A DNA stretch of 64,000 nucleotides, taken from Eledone cirrhosa. Its lineage: Eukaryota. The stretch is taken from NCBI GenBank assembly GCA_964016885.1, contig OZ024743.1, positions 184,388,001 to 184,452,000 of the forward strand, in the 5' to 3' direction. The position numbers and the translations under genes were made by a program. Numbering within the stretch: the first letter of the stretch is position 1; each line of letters starts with the position of its first letter. The notes under the pieces were generated by a model that was given only the letters and a program-made list of their open reading frames with translations, was not told the DNA's origin and did not search any database. Below, one piece after another: positions 40,425 through 55,520 of the stretch.

Positions 40425-40517
40425 ATGTATATATATGTGTGTGTGTGTGTATATAGAGATATATATGTATGTATATATATATATATATATGTGTGTGTGT
40501 ATATAGAGATATATATG

Positions 40518-40621
<104 letters not shown>

Positions 40622-40625
40622 GAGA

Positions 40626-41818
<1,193 letters not shown>

Positions 41819-42023
41819 ATTTATATTTATATATATATATATATTTATAAATACATAATCGGAGAAAGCTAAAAGCGATACTCCGGCCAAATTCCAGCTC
41901 ACTCAATAAACATTAGGAAATACCTGAGTATATTCTTAATTAAACGTTCGGGGTGCTAACTAATTGTATTGTGTGCAAAATTGGCTGTATCATTTCATAT
42001 GAGGTATATCAAATATCTCACTT

Positions 42024-42150
42024 CCCAGACGGACGTCTCGTTTCATTATAAGATTTCTACAAGTTGGGTGAAATTATAGCAATTTATGTAGAAGCTTGTA
42101 TAAGATCAACAGATACTTATTCAAGTGGGCTCTTATAATTCTTCAGTGGG
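42024..42150 (-). ncRNA. Hammerhead ribozyme with about 95-nt stem II domain
   Basis: CCCA-CUGAAGA-AUUAUAAGA..UCUUAUAAU-GAAA-CG[agacguc]CGUC-UGGG. Confidence 0.85.
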
Positions 42151-42806
42151 TGCCCAATAACATTAATATTGATAACTAAATCAACATCAATATTTAGCGA
42201 TAATCACCACAGTGCTTAACGTAGCTGCTAGGTTGTTAGTCCAGCAGTTCTAAAGAAAATTTCACAGTGTCACGAAAATAGGAGGAAGGAGATTACTGCT
42301 AAAAAACAATACATGCGCAGGTCAATGAATTCTGAGAAGAATTCAAGCCACGTGCTAGAACTCAATTGGATTTGAAAAAATAGCCATGCGTGCGCATCTC
42401 TTGATGACACACAGATATTTTCACAGGCAAAATAACAGAATGAGATACAAAAACAAACAATCAATATTCATATAAAGAAATAAACAAAGAGAGTTATACC
42501 TTATATCGGGAAAGTTCAAATCTGTTGCAACAAGAGTAAATATATAAATACATATATATATGTATATATATATATATATCCAATTAAGGGTGTCATGTCT
42601 GAGAGACATGCGCCATAGTTGATATATATATATATATATATACTAACAGAATGGCCCGGCGTTGCTCTAGGGTTCTTATATATTTGATATATATTTATCC
42701 ATATCGAGCCTCGTGAAATAAATACGTTTGTTTATATTTTGTTATTGTGTATGCAAAAATATCTGTACACGAATATATAATTATATATATATATATAACA
42801 GATTAA

Positions 42807-42857
42807 AGTTTAAGCAAACAATCGCTGCTTTCACCCTTAACGGGATCTTCTGAAACT
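42807..42857 (-). ncRNA. Hammerhead-like motif, A4 variant (third, diverged copy)
   Basis: Same fold as 30140-30190. Relative to that copy, the substitution falls in loop III. Confidence 0.62.
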
Positions 42858-42907
42858 AAAAAAATCAATCTGTGAACGCAGAAGTAAATATTTCGAAAAA
42901 CGTTAGA

Positions 42908-42998
<91 letters not shown>

Positions 42999-43007
42999 CA
43001 GTATATA

Positions 43008-43258
43008 TAGAGAGGAGACTGAGGTTAGCTGGACATGCTCACCGACATCCAGAGTTGACATTGCACTCAGTACTCCTTTGGGAGCCCCTACATGGACACA
43101 CTAGAAGAGGAAGACCAAGGTTAACGTATGTTGATGCCCTAAGGACAGACACTGGTCTGTTGGAGACGCAGGACATGGCAGCGATAATGAGGGACAGAGA
43201 CCGCTGGAGAGAACTCGTCCATGGATCTCGGGAATTTTACCCGCCTTAGATAGATATA
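43008..43258 (+). mobile_element. 3' end fragment of an RTE-clade LINE
   Basis: RRLRLAGHAHRH..LLWEPLHG..RGRPRLTYVD..DRDRWRELV, followed by a (taga)n tail. Confidence 0.82.
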
Positions 43259-43734
43259 CAGTATATACACACACACGCAGATAGCGACGTCATAATGTCG
43301 TAATGCAGACAACCAGACATACAGACAGATATTATAAGGGCGCAACGTTATATCTATGTATCTATCTAAAAAGAAAGACTAACAATTATAGAGAGAGATC
43401 GCTAAATCGCCTAATGTGGTCCCTAGGGCATTGAAAATTTGAAATATTTTTGGCTCAAAACACTCACAGGACCATAAGTAAAGAAAATAATTGTTTCGGT
43501 GGTTCTCGAGATTTAAGGAGTCAGACAGACAGACAGACATTCTCTGTTTCAGATATATAGATTACACTCTGCTTTGTCTACACCTCTATACTTACTGGAA
43601 ACTACGCACCGAGTGCCCATTGTGGTGAACCTACTGTAACTGGACGTTACAATCCCTATATATACATAAATATACATATATGTATGTATATATATATATA
43701 TTATGTACATATATAATTATGTATATATATACAG

Positions 43735-43825
<91 letters not shown>

Positions 43826-43966
43826 TATATATGTATATATATTTATATATACACACACACATATATATATATATACATATATATATTTATATACACACAC
43901 ATATATATATATATATACATATATATATATTTATATACACACACATATATATATATATATTTATAT

Positions 43967-43997
<31 letters not shown>

Positions 43998-44023
43998 CTA
44001 CATATATATATATATACACACAC

Positions 44024-44067
<44 letters not shown>

Positions 44068-44068
<1 letters not shown>

Positions 44069-44156
44069 TTTCTACTTTTTGGCACAAGGCTGGTACTTTA
44101 TTTTATCGACCCCGTAAGGATGAAAGGCAAAGTAAACCTCGGCGGGATTTGAACTC

Positions 44157-44157
<1 letters not shown>
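44068..44157 (-). mobile_element. Meta-type SINE fragment
   Basis: Homologous to 7270-7385 (ctggtactttattttatcgaccccgtaaggatgaaaggcaaag). Confidence 0.8.
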
Positions 44158-44196
<39 letters not shown>

Positions 44197-44232
44197 ACTC
44201 ATATATATATATATATAATATGTGTATGTATG

Positions 44233-44304
<72 letters not shown>

Positions 44305-44447
44305 TATATATATATAAATAAGTTAGTTTACCCCGGGTACAATCAGGGGTAACCACAGTAATTAAGGTACTCATTCGGGAGAAATGATCGTGATTTTTCT
44401 CGAATGAAATAGTTCTAGTCCTATGGAAGCCATATATATATATATAT

Positions 44448-44497
<50 letters not shown>

Positions 44498-44502
<5 letters not shown>

Positions 44503-46019
44503 CGTGCACACAAAAACACGCACATAAAATCACACAAAAACGGGCACATGAAATCACACAGAAAACGCGCAAGTAAAAGCGCACATAAAATTGCACATAA
44601 CGCGCGCATGAGAGCGCACAGAGAAGCGCACACAAACGCGTACACAGAAACACTAGCACATAAAATGCACAAAAACGCGCGCATAACACGCACAAAAATG
44701 CGCACATAAAACGTACAAAAAGTGCGCTTGAAAGCGCACAAAAACGTTCACACAAAATCGCACAGAAAAACGCACAGAAAACGCAGAAAAACGAACACAG
44801 AATCGTGCACAAAGGAGCACATGGAAACGTGCACACAAAAACGCACATATAAAATCACACAAAACGCGCACATAAAATCACACAAAAAACGCGCACATAA
44901 AATTGCACAAAACGCCCACATAAAATCGCACACAAAGGCGCACATAAAACACACTTGAAATGGCACAAAAACGTGCACATAAAACGCACAAAAAGTGCAC
45001 ATGAAAGCGCACAACAACGCGCACATAGAAGTGCACAAAATGAAGGCAGAAATGAGCACACAAAAACATGCACCCAAAAACGCGCACTTAAAATGCACAA
45101 AGAGTGCACACAAAAGCGCACATAAAATGCACAAAAAGTGCACATGAAAGCGTACAAAAACGCGCACAAAAATGCGCACATTGAAGAGCAAAAACGAACG
45201 CAGAAACGCGCACACAGAAGCTCACAACAACGTGCACGCAAAAACGCGCGCATAAAACGCACAAAAAGTGCACATGAAGGCGCACAAAGACGCGCACATA
45301 AAATCGCACAAAAGGCGCATGAAATAAAATCGCACAAAAATGCACATGAAAGCACACAAACATGCGCACATTAAAGTGCACAAAACGAACGCAGAAACGT
45401 GCACACAGAACCACGCAACAACGTGCACACAAAAACGCACAAAAAGTACACCTGAAAGCGCACATAAAATGCAGAAAAAGTGCACATGAAAGCGCACAAA
45501 AATGCGGACATAGAAGCGCACAAAACTAACGAAGAAACGCGCACACAGAAGCATACAACAACGTGCACACAAATGCAAAAAAATATAATTGCACAAAGAC
45601 GCGTACATAGTCGCACAAAAATGCTCCCATAGAAGCGCACAAAACGAACGCAGAATACGCGCACACAGGAGCACACAACAACGTGCAAAAAACAACGCGC
45701 ACATAAAACGCACAAAAAATGCACATGCAAGTGCCTATAAAATCGCACACAAAGACGCGTACATAAAGTCGCACAAAACGCGCAGATAAAACGCACAAAA
45801 AATGCACATGAAAGCACGCAAAAACGCGCACATAAAATCGCAAACAAACGCGCACATAAAACGCACAAGAAGTGCACATGAAAGCGACAAAAACGCGCAT
45901 ATAAAAGCGCACAAAACGAACGCAGAAACGCACACATAAAAGCGCACAAAAACGAACGTAGAAACGCGCACACAGAAGCACACAAAAAAGGCGCACATAA
46001 AACGCACAAACAGTGCACA

Positions 46020-46020
<1 letters not shown>
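44498..46020. repeat. Degenerate minisatellite (about 11-13-bp units, consensus near GCACA(T/C)AAAA(C/T)G)
   Basis: Direct reading. It gives rise to the CAF/VRF-type spurious ORFs. Confidence 0.9.
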
Positions 46021-47015
<995 letters not shown>

Positions 47016-47029
47016 ATATATATATATAG

Positions 47030-48900
47030 TAATCTCCGAGTACAATGGCAAGCACGTGTTGATATATAAACAGAACTACCATTATATTGCAATGTGAAAT
47101 AGGGTGTTATGTTCAATGACCGTTTCATAATATGTCTCTGTGTAGTAAACACAGATTACAGGATTGTCATTTATTCGAGCCCCTGCTGCAGTAATTGATT
47201 ATACATAGGTGTGCAGATATGATGTCTTTGATAGACTTAACCAGTTACTTGGTAATAACAATTAATCATTAGAGGACGTAAGGGAGAATGTAAGGGAATG
47301 TAAGGAAGTAGTGTCCGTAAGATAATTATTATACTTAAATTTCACTTACATGAATGAATTTAACAATTTATTAAGTCAGATACTTACTTAATGAGTATAA
47401 CAGGTGATTATATAAGAGAAAATACATAACTGGATGCGATGATAAATTAACAAGGGTCTACAATTCTAATATAGAATAGATACTAATAATAATCCATGTG
47501 TTAGCAAGTAAGATGGGTTGCCGATTAACTGTTTTATAGATAAGCGTTCAATCGTAATAGGAAATTTCAGTGATACAGTATAACTATTATTAAAGTTTGA
47601 TTTATAACCAATAGTTATAAGATTAGATAGAAGCAACCAAGGGAAAGGCATAATAGGTTACTATAATATACTAAGTAGGGTCATATTTATTATAATAAAA
47701 AGAATATGGATTCCTATTAGGCAAGTAGAGAGAATTTCGGATTTTCCATTTAAGGTTGGTGAATGAGATTTAATTATTCTACAGTTTCCAGGCCGGTATG
47801 CCTAGGCTACACTAAGTATATTCCAGTTAAGAGAGTACTCGATATTAGCATCTTTCAATTCCCTTATGTAACGGTCTATTGATGTACAGCGTTTAAATGT
47901 ATTCTTCTTAAAGGAGTGAAGAGGCATGTAGTATCGGGAGGTGAAGCTATTTGAAGTTGCAGCAATATATACTTTAGAGCAAATAGGTGTAGAGTCAGCA
48001 CACTGGTATACTGTATTTTCAGTAAGACAATTACAATTAAGGGGGCAAGTTACAAGGTTTCTACAGTTACAGTTGCGGCTAACTATTTGGTTCCTAAGTG
48101 AATTAGAATGTGGACGATGTTTAGTTGGAGATTCACCTGGATCTAGGTTACCATAATATAAACTCCTTGATGTATTTGTACAGCTTGTATTATTAGTATT
48201 GTCTTATATTTTTTTAGTTTTCTGTTATTATTAGAGGTTAAATAGTCAGTTAGATTAGGAGTGGTTGAGAATGATCATATTTTTAAGTAACTTATGGTAT
48301 TTATGGAATTCGGGAAAGTTCTGGTGTATACGGAAAAATAATTTCGGTATATTAGAAGCCACGTGTTTGCTAAATGGTGGATCAAACCATGTAACAGGCC
48401 TCATTCGATTAGATTTGTTTACATCTGGGTTAAGAATTACCTAGTACTGATTGATAGAGATTATGAGGTGGTGCACCACAGTTCAGTTCGTTATTATTTT
48501 TACAAGATTCACTATTTTTGTAGTTAGAGGGGTTAAATTGTTAGGGATTGTTAGGGTTTGGATTAATTAATAGAAATTTAGATTGAGGATTTTGGTTAGG
48601 CCTTACATTGATATGTCTATCGTTATGATCATTATAGTTTCGTTTTTGTTCAGTTATTATTATTGCTACTACAGTTAAGACGTTGAGGTGTGTTTTCGAT
48701 TATTTTTATGTTATTCCTATAAACATAAGGTTTAAGATTACCTGAATAAGTAAACGGAACATTCTTCGATGTCTTATTGTTCCATTTAGGATCATTTAGG
48801 CGGGGTGTAAAATTTATATTCAAGCTAGATTTGGGTGAAGACATATGCGAGATAACATTGTATGCGAAAAATGAATTTTCTCTGTTTATGTAAATCACTT
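47030..48900 (-). mobile_element. Highly degraded Penelope-like (Naiad-like) 3' fragment
   Basis: Minus-strand remnants WFDPPFSKHVAS (about 48350-48392) and RNCNCRNLVTCPLNCNCLTENTVYQC (about 48000-48078). Boundaries are approximate. Confidence 0.7.
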
Positions 48901-49524
48901 GCTCAATATTCCTTACGAGTTCTATTCGCTTTTCGAAAGCTTGCTTTTATTTTTATTTTTTATTTTTCTGGATGTGTTAAGTAACTCAACATATCTATCT
49001 ATTTTTCCTGAAGAAATGGAGATTTTTTGTTTTTAGTGGCATTTAAATTATTCACTGATTGATTAATACTGGCACTATATCTCTATCTCCATAGAAACAA
49101 TTGTAAAAATTAAAGATGAAATTTGAATAACAATCTTGGTTCTCCTTTTGTATTGTATATATATATATTTATATATTTATATATATAAGAGAGAGAGGGG
49201 GGGAAGGGAGAAGGGGGGGATTTACTCAATACGTGATGTAAAGTTTATTTCTTTATTTGCTGCTTGTTTTCTATCATAGTCTTCAAAATTGTAATGATGA
49301 AAGATAGAAATGGAAAACTCAGAGCAGAAAGGAAGTAAGTGCTCAATTTAAAACCAATGTAATATACAATGCTGCATCTAGTAATGCAATGAATGATAAA
49401 GCCATATGAATAAGATGCAGTTGATTTCTAAAACAAATGAATATATGAAGGATGAACAGGTTTGACATATATTAAATAAAGCATTTGAATTTTTTTATTG
49501 TTTTTTTTTTCCATTGTTTTTTTT

Positions 49525-52500
49525 TCACAAAGAAATGCATGAACTTTTAACTTTCTTTGCTGGTGGAATTGAACGGAACAATTTCTTCCAAAATATTGGA
49601 TCAGTTTTGTCAATGACAACATGGGACGTTATATATGCCTGCGTCTCAAGATCAAGTTTGCTTGTTTCAGAGATATTGTCTAAAATACATAATAGATAAT
49701 TGAAAGGTTCTTTAAGAGAACACTGAACTGCCGTTCTTAAGGTGAATAGTTGCCATTCATCTTCTACGTAAGATTCATTGATGACAATAATGGTTCTAAC
49801 TGAGCTCTTAATGGCTCGCAGTATATTCTCTTCTTTGGCTGAACCAACGACGAAATCACGATCTGGTAAACAGATGGAATAACCACGTGACTGTAAGGTA
49901 GATAATAAAGGGCCAGTAGCAAATTCATAAGTCTGATCAGGGTAGGTAATGAAAATGTCATAGGTCTTTTGCTCATTCAGTGTATTAATAGAGCCTAAGA
50001 TTTCTGGGAAAAATACTTTATAAGACTTTTTACGGCATAGCTGGAAATCATAATTGTTATGTATTTTAGAACCAGTTACCATATACAATATTTTATTTTT
50101 TATCATGTGGTCTGTGGATTTTATGAAACATCCACTGTGCAAGTATTTTTTAAACTTTTTATTTTTAATTACATTGCTGTTCATATTATGTAAGATAAGT
50201 ATGATATATGTTGGTCTTTCACGCAGCGTTTTTGCATAAGTATATGAAAGAGCCATCTGCACCAATGGGTCATCAAGACTTTCTTCTGACAGAACAATGA
50301 TGCTGTATTTACTTCGTGACACAGCTAGTCGCATGTTCTCCTGAAAACTCATACCAACAAGAAAATCACGGTTCGAATCTAAGACATTGAAACTCAACTT
50401 TTCTAGCTTCTTAGTAATGTTTTCGGTTGCCCACTCTAAAAGTGATTTAGAATACAGTACTAGAGCATCAATAGGTTCTAAACTGTCATCTAACTTCATT
50501 GGATTACAGTCAAATGGGTGAATATTTAAGTAGACATACATTAGAACTTTCACTTCCAGTCGATAGTGAACAAGTAAGAATAAGCAACTGAGTAATGTTA
50601 GAATAGCTAGGCCAAGGGAAAGACTCAGAATCAATGTCCTTTTGAAATTATCAGCCAAATTATTACAGATGAACTTGTTATCAGGAACTGCAATAATATC
50701 AACAACTTTATCTTCTACAGTATTGCACACCATTTTTTTCCAATTCGGAATTGTCTTTCTTATCTTCAATAACCATTTTTTCATCCATATATTTGTACAA
50801 TCACAAAAGAAATGGTTGTGGTTAATATTTAAAAGGTCAAATTGAAGATTTTGTATTCCATTTGGTAGAGTAGTCAAAAGATTCCAATCCAGGATCATAT
50901 GTTTGAGATTTACCATATTTTTCATCACAGTGTAATTCAATGAGGCAATGCTATTCCTTGTTAGATTAAGATGTATTATCTGAGATAAATATGGTCTATT
51001 AACAAGCTCAGTTATGTTATTAAACTGAAGCCATACTTCAAGTTTACCGACAGGCATATTTAAAGGGAAGGCTACTATTTTGCTATGTCTGCAATCAACA
51101 ATAATTGTTTTCTTTCTCGAACGACGATAACAAGTGCAGCTGGTAGGACAAAAGGACATCGCTTCATAACAATAAAGCTGTTCTTTTTTAATGGATAGAA
51201 TTGGTAGATTTTTTAATTCACTTGGTGAATTGCATTTCCAGTTATAGTAAAAATATTCATTTCTATTGAAATTCTCTTTTTCTCTCTGCATAGCAAAGAA
51301 TTCTAAAAGTGAGAGCAAATGACAATCACATTCAACTAAATTACCTGTGAAACGAAATTCAAAATGTAATAAAATTAGGTGCATCATATGCTGGTCATTT
51401 TTAGTGAAATTGCTGAAATCCAATCGACGAATTTGATTATTAGAAAGATCGATTAATCGCCGTTTTTCTGGCTTACGGTATAAATTAGTTGGTGATGAAC
51501 TACTCGAATAGATAATACTATTGATCAGTTCTGATTGGTTAATCAATGCAAGTAAACTTGATATTTTGCCAAACGCTATCTGGTTAAAGCTTAAATCAAC
51601 TTGCTCCAACCCACGTATCAAAAAGAAATTGATAGGTAAGGTTTCAAGGCTGTTGTTGCGCAAATTCACTTTTTTTAACTTAATAGATTTTGGAAAACTC
51701 ATGAGAGAAATGTTTTTAATCTGATTACATTCTAATTTCAGTGTTTCCATATTCTCTAATTCAGAGAATATTCCATCATCCAGTGAAACAAGGTTGTTAT
51801 TGGACAAGTCCAATTTCAAAAGGTTTTTATTGTGTTTGAAAGCTCTTTGATGAATCTGGGAAATGCTGTTAAATTTTAAATCCAAATTTAAAAGATCTTT
51901 GCAATAACTGAATTGTTTTTCCCCAATATACGTAAGTGAGTTTTTTGCAAAGTCAAGCGCATTTAAACCATAAATACTTGCAAAGGCATGGTCTGATATA
52001 GTAACCAGACCATTTCCTATCAGTGACAACCTTTGTAAAGATCCTGTAGTACAGTTATCTGATAGATATGTAATTTGATTATGATTCAAATTCAATATTC
52101 TCTTAAAGTAGTTTGGTTTTATTATAATTCCGAAGACATCTGCATAATGGTTTTGCATAATCTGAGTTCTAGAAAGTTCAAGCGGGAGTTTGAACATTTT
52201 TTCAGTTTGTGGAAAATTAGGAACTGAAATTAGCTTATTGTTAGGAATTTCTAAACTTTGTAAATTTGGAAATCTAAGTTGCATATCATCGGGAATTCCA
52301 TCCAAGCCAATACCTTCAAACATCACTTCCATTATATTGGGAAAAGATCTGTTCACTGTAAGTATTGATGGTAACATGGAAGAGTTATTTATGTCAACTA
52401 CAATATTGTATGAAACAACATTATCAATCCCGTTTATGTAGTCAGATTCATTATTTCCAGACCATATAGTATATGTCAGTGTATCGTAAAAATAGGTTAA

Positions 52501-52932
52501 CACTCGCAAATCATACAGACTTTCTAGTTTATCAATATCTTCTTGCTGTACCAAACATCTCTGAAATTGTAAATATAAGATATTGCGTGGCATGGCCTCC
52601 ACATCCGTTGTGTCTAACATAAGCGTCAACTTATGAGAACACCTAAAAAAATAACCTAAAGTTCGTATTTCGATGAGAGGTATTTTTATATGCTTCAATT
52701 TAATCACACATTGTGATGAAGTTGAATTGATATCTAGAATTCCTCGTGATGTTGACTTCAAATGTTTTCCATTGATATTAAAGAGTGGGGCTTGTGACAA
52801 TTTCTTAATATCATATTTGCAAAGAACTGCATTATTTTCCGTTTGATTTGAATAGATGCGTTTGGAAAAACACACACTTAATAAACCGCAAAGAATGTGG
52901 ATTTTCAAACAGAAACATTTTTTAATATTCAT
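49525..52932 (-). CDS. Toll-like receptor, protostome multiple-cysteine-cluster type, with two tandem TIR domains
   Basis: 1135 aa. Signal peptide, LRR array (LxxLxLxxNxL), LRRCT (NLVECDCHL..WKCNSP), LRRNT (CPTSCTC..VDC), further LRRs, second LRRCT (FFCDCTN), TM helix, TIR1 (DALVLYS..RDFLVG), TIR2 (YDIFITY..PDRDFVVG..FWKKL). Confidence 0.93.
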   Translation of the reverse strand: MNIKKCFCLKIHILCGLLSVCFSKRIYSNQTENNAVLCKYDIKKLSQAPLFNINGKHLKSTSRGILDINSTSSQCVIKLKHIKIPLIEIRTLGYFFRCSHKLTLMLDTTDVEAMPRNILYLQFQRCLVQQEDIDKLESLYDLRVLTYFYDTLTYTIWSGNNESDYINGIDNVVSYNIVVDINNSSMLPSILTVNRSFPNIMEVMFEGIGLDGIPDDMQLRFPNLQSLEIPNNKLISVPNFPQTEKMFKLPLELSRTQIMQNHYADVFGIIIKPNYFKRILNLNHNQITYLSDNCTTGSLQRLSLIGNGLVTISDHAFASIYGLNALDFAKNSLTYIGEKQFSYCKDLLNLDLKFNSISQIHQRAFKHNKNLLKLDLSNNNLVSLDDGIFSELENMETLKLECNQIKNISLMSFPKSIKLKKVNLRNNSLETLPINFFLIRGLEQVDLSFNQIAFGKISSLLALINQSELINSIIYSSSSSPTNLYRKPEKRRLIDLSNNQIRRLDFSNFTKNDQHMMHLILLHFEFRFTGNLVECDCHLLSLLEFFAMQREKENFNRNEYFYYNWKCNSPSELKNLPILSIKKEQLYCYEAMSFCPTSCTCYRRSRKKTIIVDCRHSKIVAFPLNMPVGKLEVWLQFNNITELVNRPYLSQIIHLNLTRNSIASLNYTVMKNMVNLKHMILDWNLLTTLPNGIQNLQFDLLNINHNHFFCDCTNIWMKKWLLKIRKTIPNWKKMVCNTVEDKVVDIIAVPDNKFICNNLADNFKRTLILSLSLGLAILTLLSCLFLLVHYRLEVKVLMYVYLNIHPFDCNPMKLDDSLEPIDALVLYSKSLLEWATENITKKLEKLSFNVLDSNRDFLVGMSFQENMRLAVSRSKYSIIVLSEESLDDPLVQMALSYTYAKTLRERPTYIILILHNMNSNVIKNKKFKKYLHSGCFIKSTDHMIKNKILYMVTGSKIHNNYDFQLCRKKSYKVFFPEILGSINTLNEQKTYDIFITYPDQTYEFATGPLLSTLQSRGYSICLPDRDFVVGSAKEENILRAIKSSVRTIIVINESYVEDEWQLFTLRTAVQCSLKEPFNYLLCILDNISETSKLDLETQAYITSHVVIDKTDPIFWKKLFRSIPPAKKVKSSCISL

Positions 52933-52943
52933 TTTGTATTATT

Positions 52944-52962
52944 CTGAAAAATAAGAAGAAAT
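52944..52962 (-). promoter_or_regulatory. Probable 3' splice acceptor of a 5'-UTR intron of the TLR
   Basis: The minus strand reads tttcttcttatttttcag|aataatacaaaATG. Confidence 0.6.
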
Positions 52963-53262
52963 AGCTATTAGTTAATTGAGGAGGAAATACATTTTAATAA
53001 CAAAACAAATACATTTCACAGATTGGAAGAGTTTGTGTGTGTGTCTATGTATGTGTGTGTGTGAATTAAATCATGCACCTGCTGTAGACTGGACAACTGC
53101 ATAAACTACTATACTAAGATGACATGACATATTTTAGTCACAAATTTAGTGTTTATAACATCTTACTGGTTGTTCTACAAATGCTGTGCCTCTTGTCATA
53201 TCACATGGCAACCAGCAGAATGTGAGTGGTCATTTAACCACCAGTTGAATGTGTGTGTGTGT

Positions 53263-53547
53263 GGAGGCACATGGCCTAGTGGTAAGGGTGTTGGACTTAC
53301 GATCATAATGTTGTGGGTTCGATTCCTGGGTTGCATGTTGTGTTCTTGAGCAAAAACACTTCATTTCACGTTGCTCCAGTATACTCAACTGAAAATGAGT
53401 ACCAGCGATAGCTGGGGGTTTAACCCTGCGATGAACTGGCGTCCTGTCCAGGGGAAAGTCTTGTACTCTCAGTCGCTTCACGCCATGAAACCGGGATAAG
53501 CACCGGCCAAATGAGCCTTCTGGCTTAAGACAGACTTTAGACTTTAG
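53263..53547 (+). mobile_element. Full-length tRNA-derived SINE (V/CORE-like body)
   Basis: A box tggcctagtgg (53272), B box ggttcgattcc (53316), body ccctgcgatgaactggcgtcctgtccagggg, tail (agacttt)2. Confidence 0.85.
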
Positions 53548-53571
53548 ATATATATAATAATAATAATAAAA

Positions 53572-54065
53572 GTAGTATGAGGATAAGCCAGAGTCGGTGA
53601 TAGAAAACGATCAGGTGACGGTGCTATGGGATTTTAGGATACAGACGGACAAGAAATTAGAACACAATAGGCCTGACCTGGTGGTTTTGGACAAGGAAAA
53701 AAGATCGTTCTTGATTGTAGATGTAACCTGCCCATTTGACACGAGAGTGCAAGAAAAGGAGAGGGAGAAAATTAACCGATACCAGGATTTAAAGTGGGAG
53801 TTAAAAAGGATTTGGAACTGCCATGAAATCAAGGTCGTCCAGATTGTCATAGGCGCACTAGGTACTATCTCAAAGAGTTTCCAAGGATGGTTAAAGAAGA
53901 TTAGTCCAGTCGAGCCCCACTTTTGGAACACTTCAAAAGGCATGCTTGCTGGGAACAGCAAGAACCCTCCGATATCCTGAATATCTGAAGCTGCAGGTAG
54001 CGGCTTGATATTCATTTCAACAAACTTTCCAGTTAAATAACATCAATAACTGAGACTCAAAGAAC

Positions 54066-54137
<72 letters not shown>
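53572..54137 (+). mobile_element. 5'-truncated R4/Dong retrotransposon
   Basis: RLE endonuclease remnant (LWDFRIQTD..NRPDLVV). Homologous to 58500-58990. (TAA)n lies on both sides. Confidence 0.88.
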
Positions 54138-54140
<3 letters not shown>

Positions 54141-54305
54141 GGAAGAAGACGCACGAGGTGACGGAGGTCATGAAATCGCTCCCGTAAGTTTTGAATTTTT
54201 AACATATTTAAATCATTTGTGAAATAACAACTCTTAGTACAAATGCTACGTAAAGCACCCGGCTTGAGCCCCAAAAAAAGTCGGACCCAAAATATATTGT
54301 TATAA

Positions 54306-54946
54306 GGCTCAAATATTCAAATATTCAACTTTGTATTGTACACTGTATATCCAAAAAAAAATGGCTATAAATGGAAGAAGAAGAACCCCCCCCCCTCCTC
54401 TCCTCTGGCTACACTATATAGGACAGCTAAACTCACCAACACCAGAAACTAGATACACCACCCACCCCATCATCTGTGTACACTAAACACAACAGCATTT
54501 TCACCTTCACCGCCACCGCTCACTACGGCCATCATTACCACCACTATCCCATCACCGCCGCCACCACCCCTTGACTCCTTCACTGCTGCTGCCACCGCTA
54601 CAGCACCATCACTACAGTAATACGGCTCAAATATTCAAATATTCAACTTTGTATTGTACACTGTATATCCAAAAAAAATAAAATGGCTGTAAATGGAAGA
54701 AGAAGAACCCCCCCCCCTCCTCTCCTCTGGCTACACTATATAGGACAGCGAAACTCACCAACACCAGAAACTAGATACACCACCCACCCCATCATCTGTG
54801 TACACTAAACACAACAGCATTTTCACCTTCACCGCCACCGCTCACTACGGCCATCATTACCACCACTATCCCATCACCGCCGCCACCACCCCTTGACTCC
54901 TTCACTGCTGCTGCCACCGCTACAGCACCATCACTACAGTAATACG
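54306..54946. repeat. Tandem duplication (about 320-bp unit x2) within the inter-R4 spacer
   Basis: ggctcaaatattcaaatattc occurs at 54306 and 54624. Confidence 0.9.
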
Positions 54947-55520
54947 GTCGCATCACCGCCACCACTGCCTCGGTATCGACATCACCACCACCACTGTCTC
55001 AGTATCGCCAACGCCGCCAGTCTCTGCTGGCTGCCACTTCCACATTATAGAATTCCTACTACTAACAAAGAGGAAGGCATCAAAATATATAGATAGACTC
55101 AAAAGAAAAAAGAAAAAACAAACAACAAAAGCAGCACAGCAACAACAGCAAAAAACGAGAAAAACAAACAGAGAAAAACAAAAACCAAAAAAGACACCCC
55201 AAAAACGTAAAGAAAATAAGAATGAAGAGAGAAGCAGGCGGACGGACAGAGAAGAGGGGGGAAAAAGTAAAACTTAAAAAACAAAAACTAAGTCAGACAT
55301 TCGAATACTACATTACAATGAAACTTATGCTTATTCATTTTTGGGGCCCTTTCTGCCCGTGTGTTTGTTTGTTTATGTGTGTCCGTATACAGCGTGGTGA
55401 TAATGCCACACAAGGGCCAAGTGGGATGGCGGATCCACAGATGGCTATGTAAACATACATTCGCCAATCCTCGATAAGAGTGTTTAAATATCGAACATAA
55501 ACAGTTCGAATAACGGTGAA

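Larger units (their letters stand above)
42641..43562 (+). mobile_element. Probable Helentron-associated non-autonomous element (HINE/DINE-1-like), interrupted by insertions
   Basis: Starts tactaacagaatggcccggcgttgctctagg and ends (acag)n..tatatagat. These termini resemble the HINE class. Confidence 0.45.

Noticed and set aside
53263-53335. tRNA gene
   Set aside because: A and B boxes are present, but there is no proper acceptor stem or terminator. It is a SINE head.
55340-55520. HDV-like ribozyme at the 5' end of the R4 element
   Set aside because: Hairpins are present, but I could not assemble the P1/P2/P3/P1.1 nested pseudoknot by eye.
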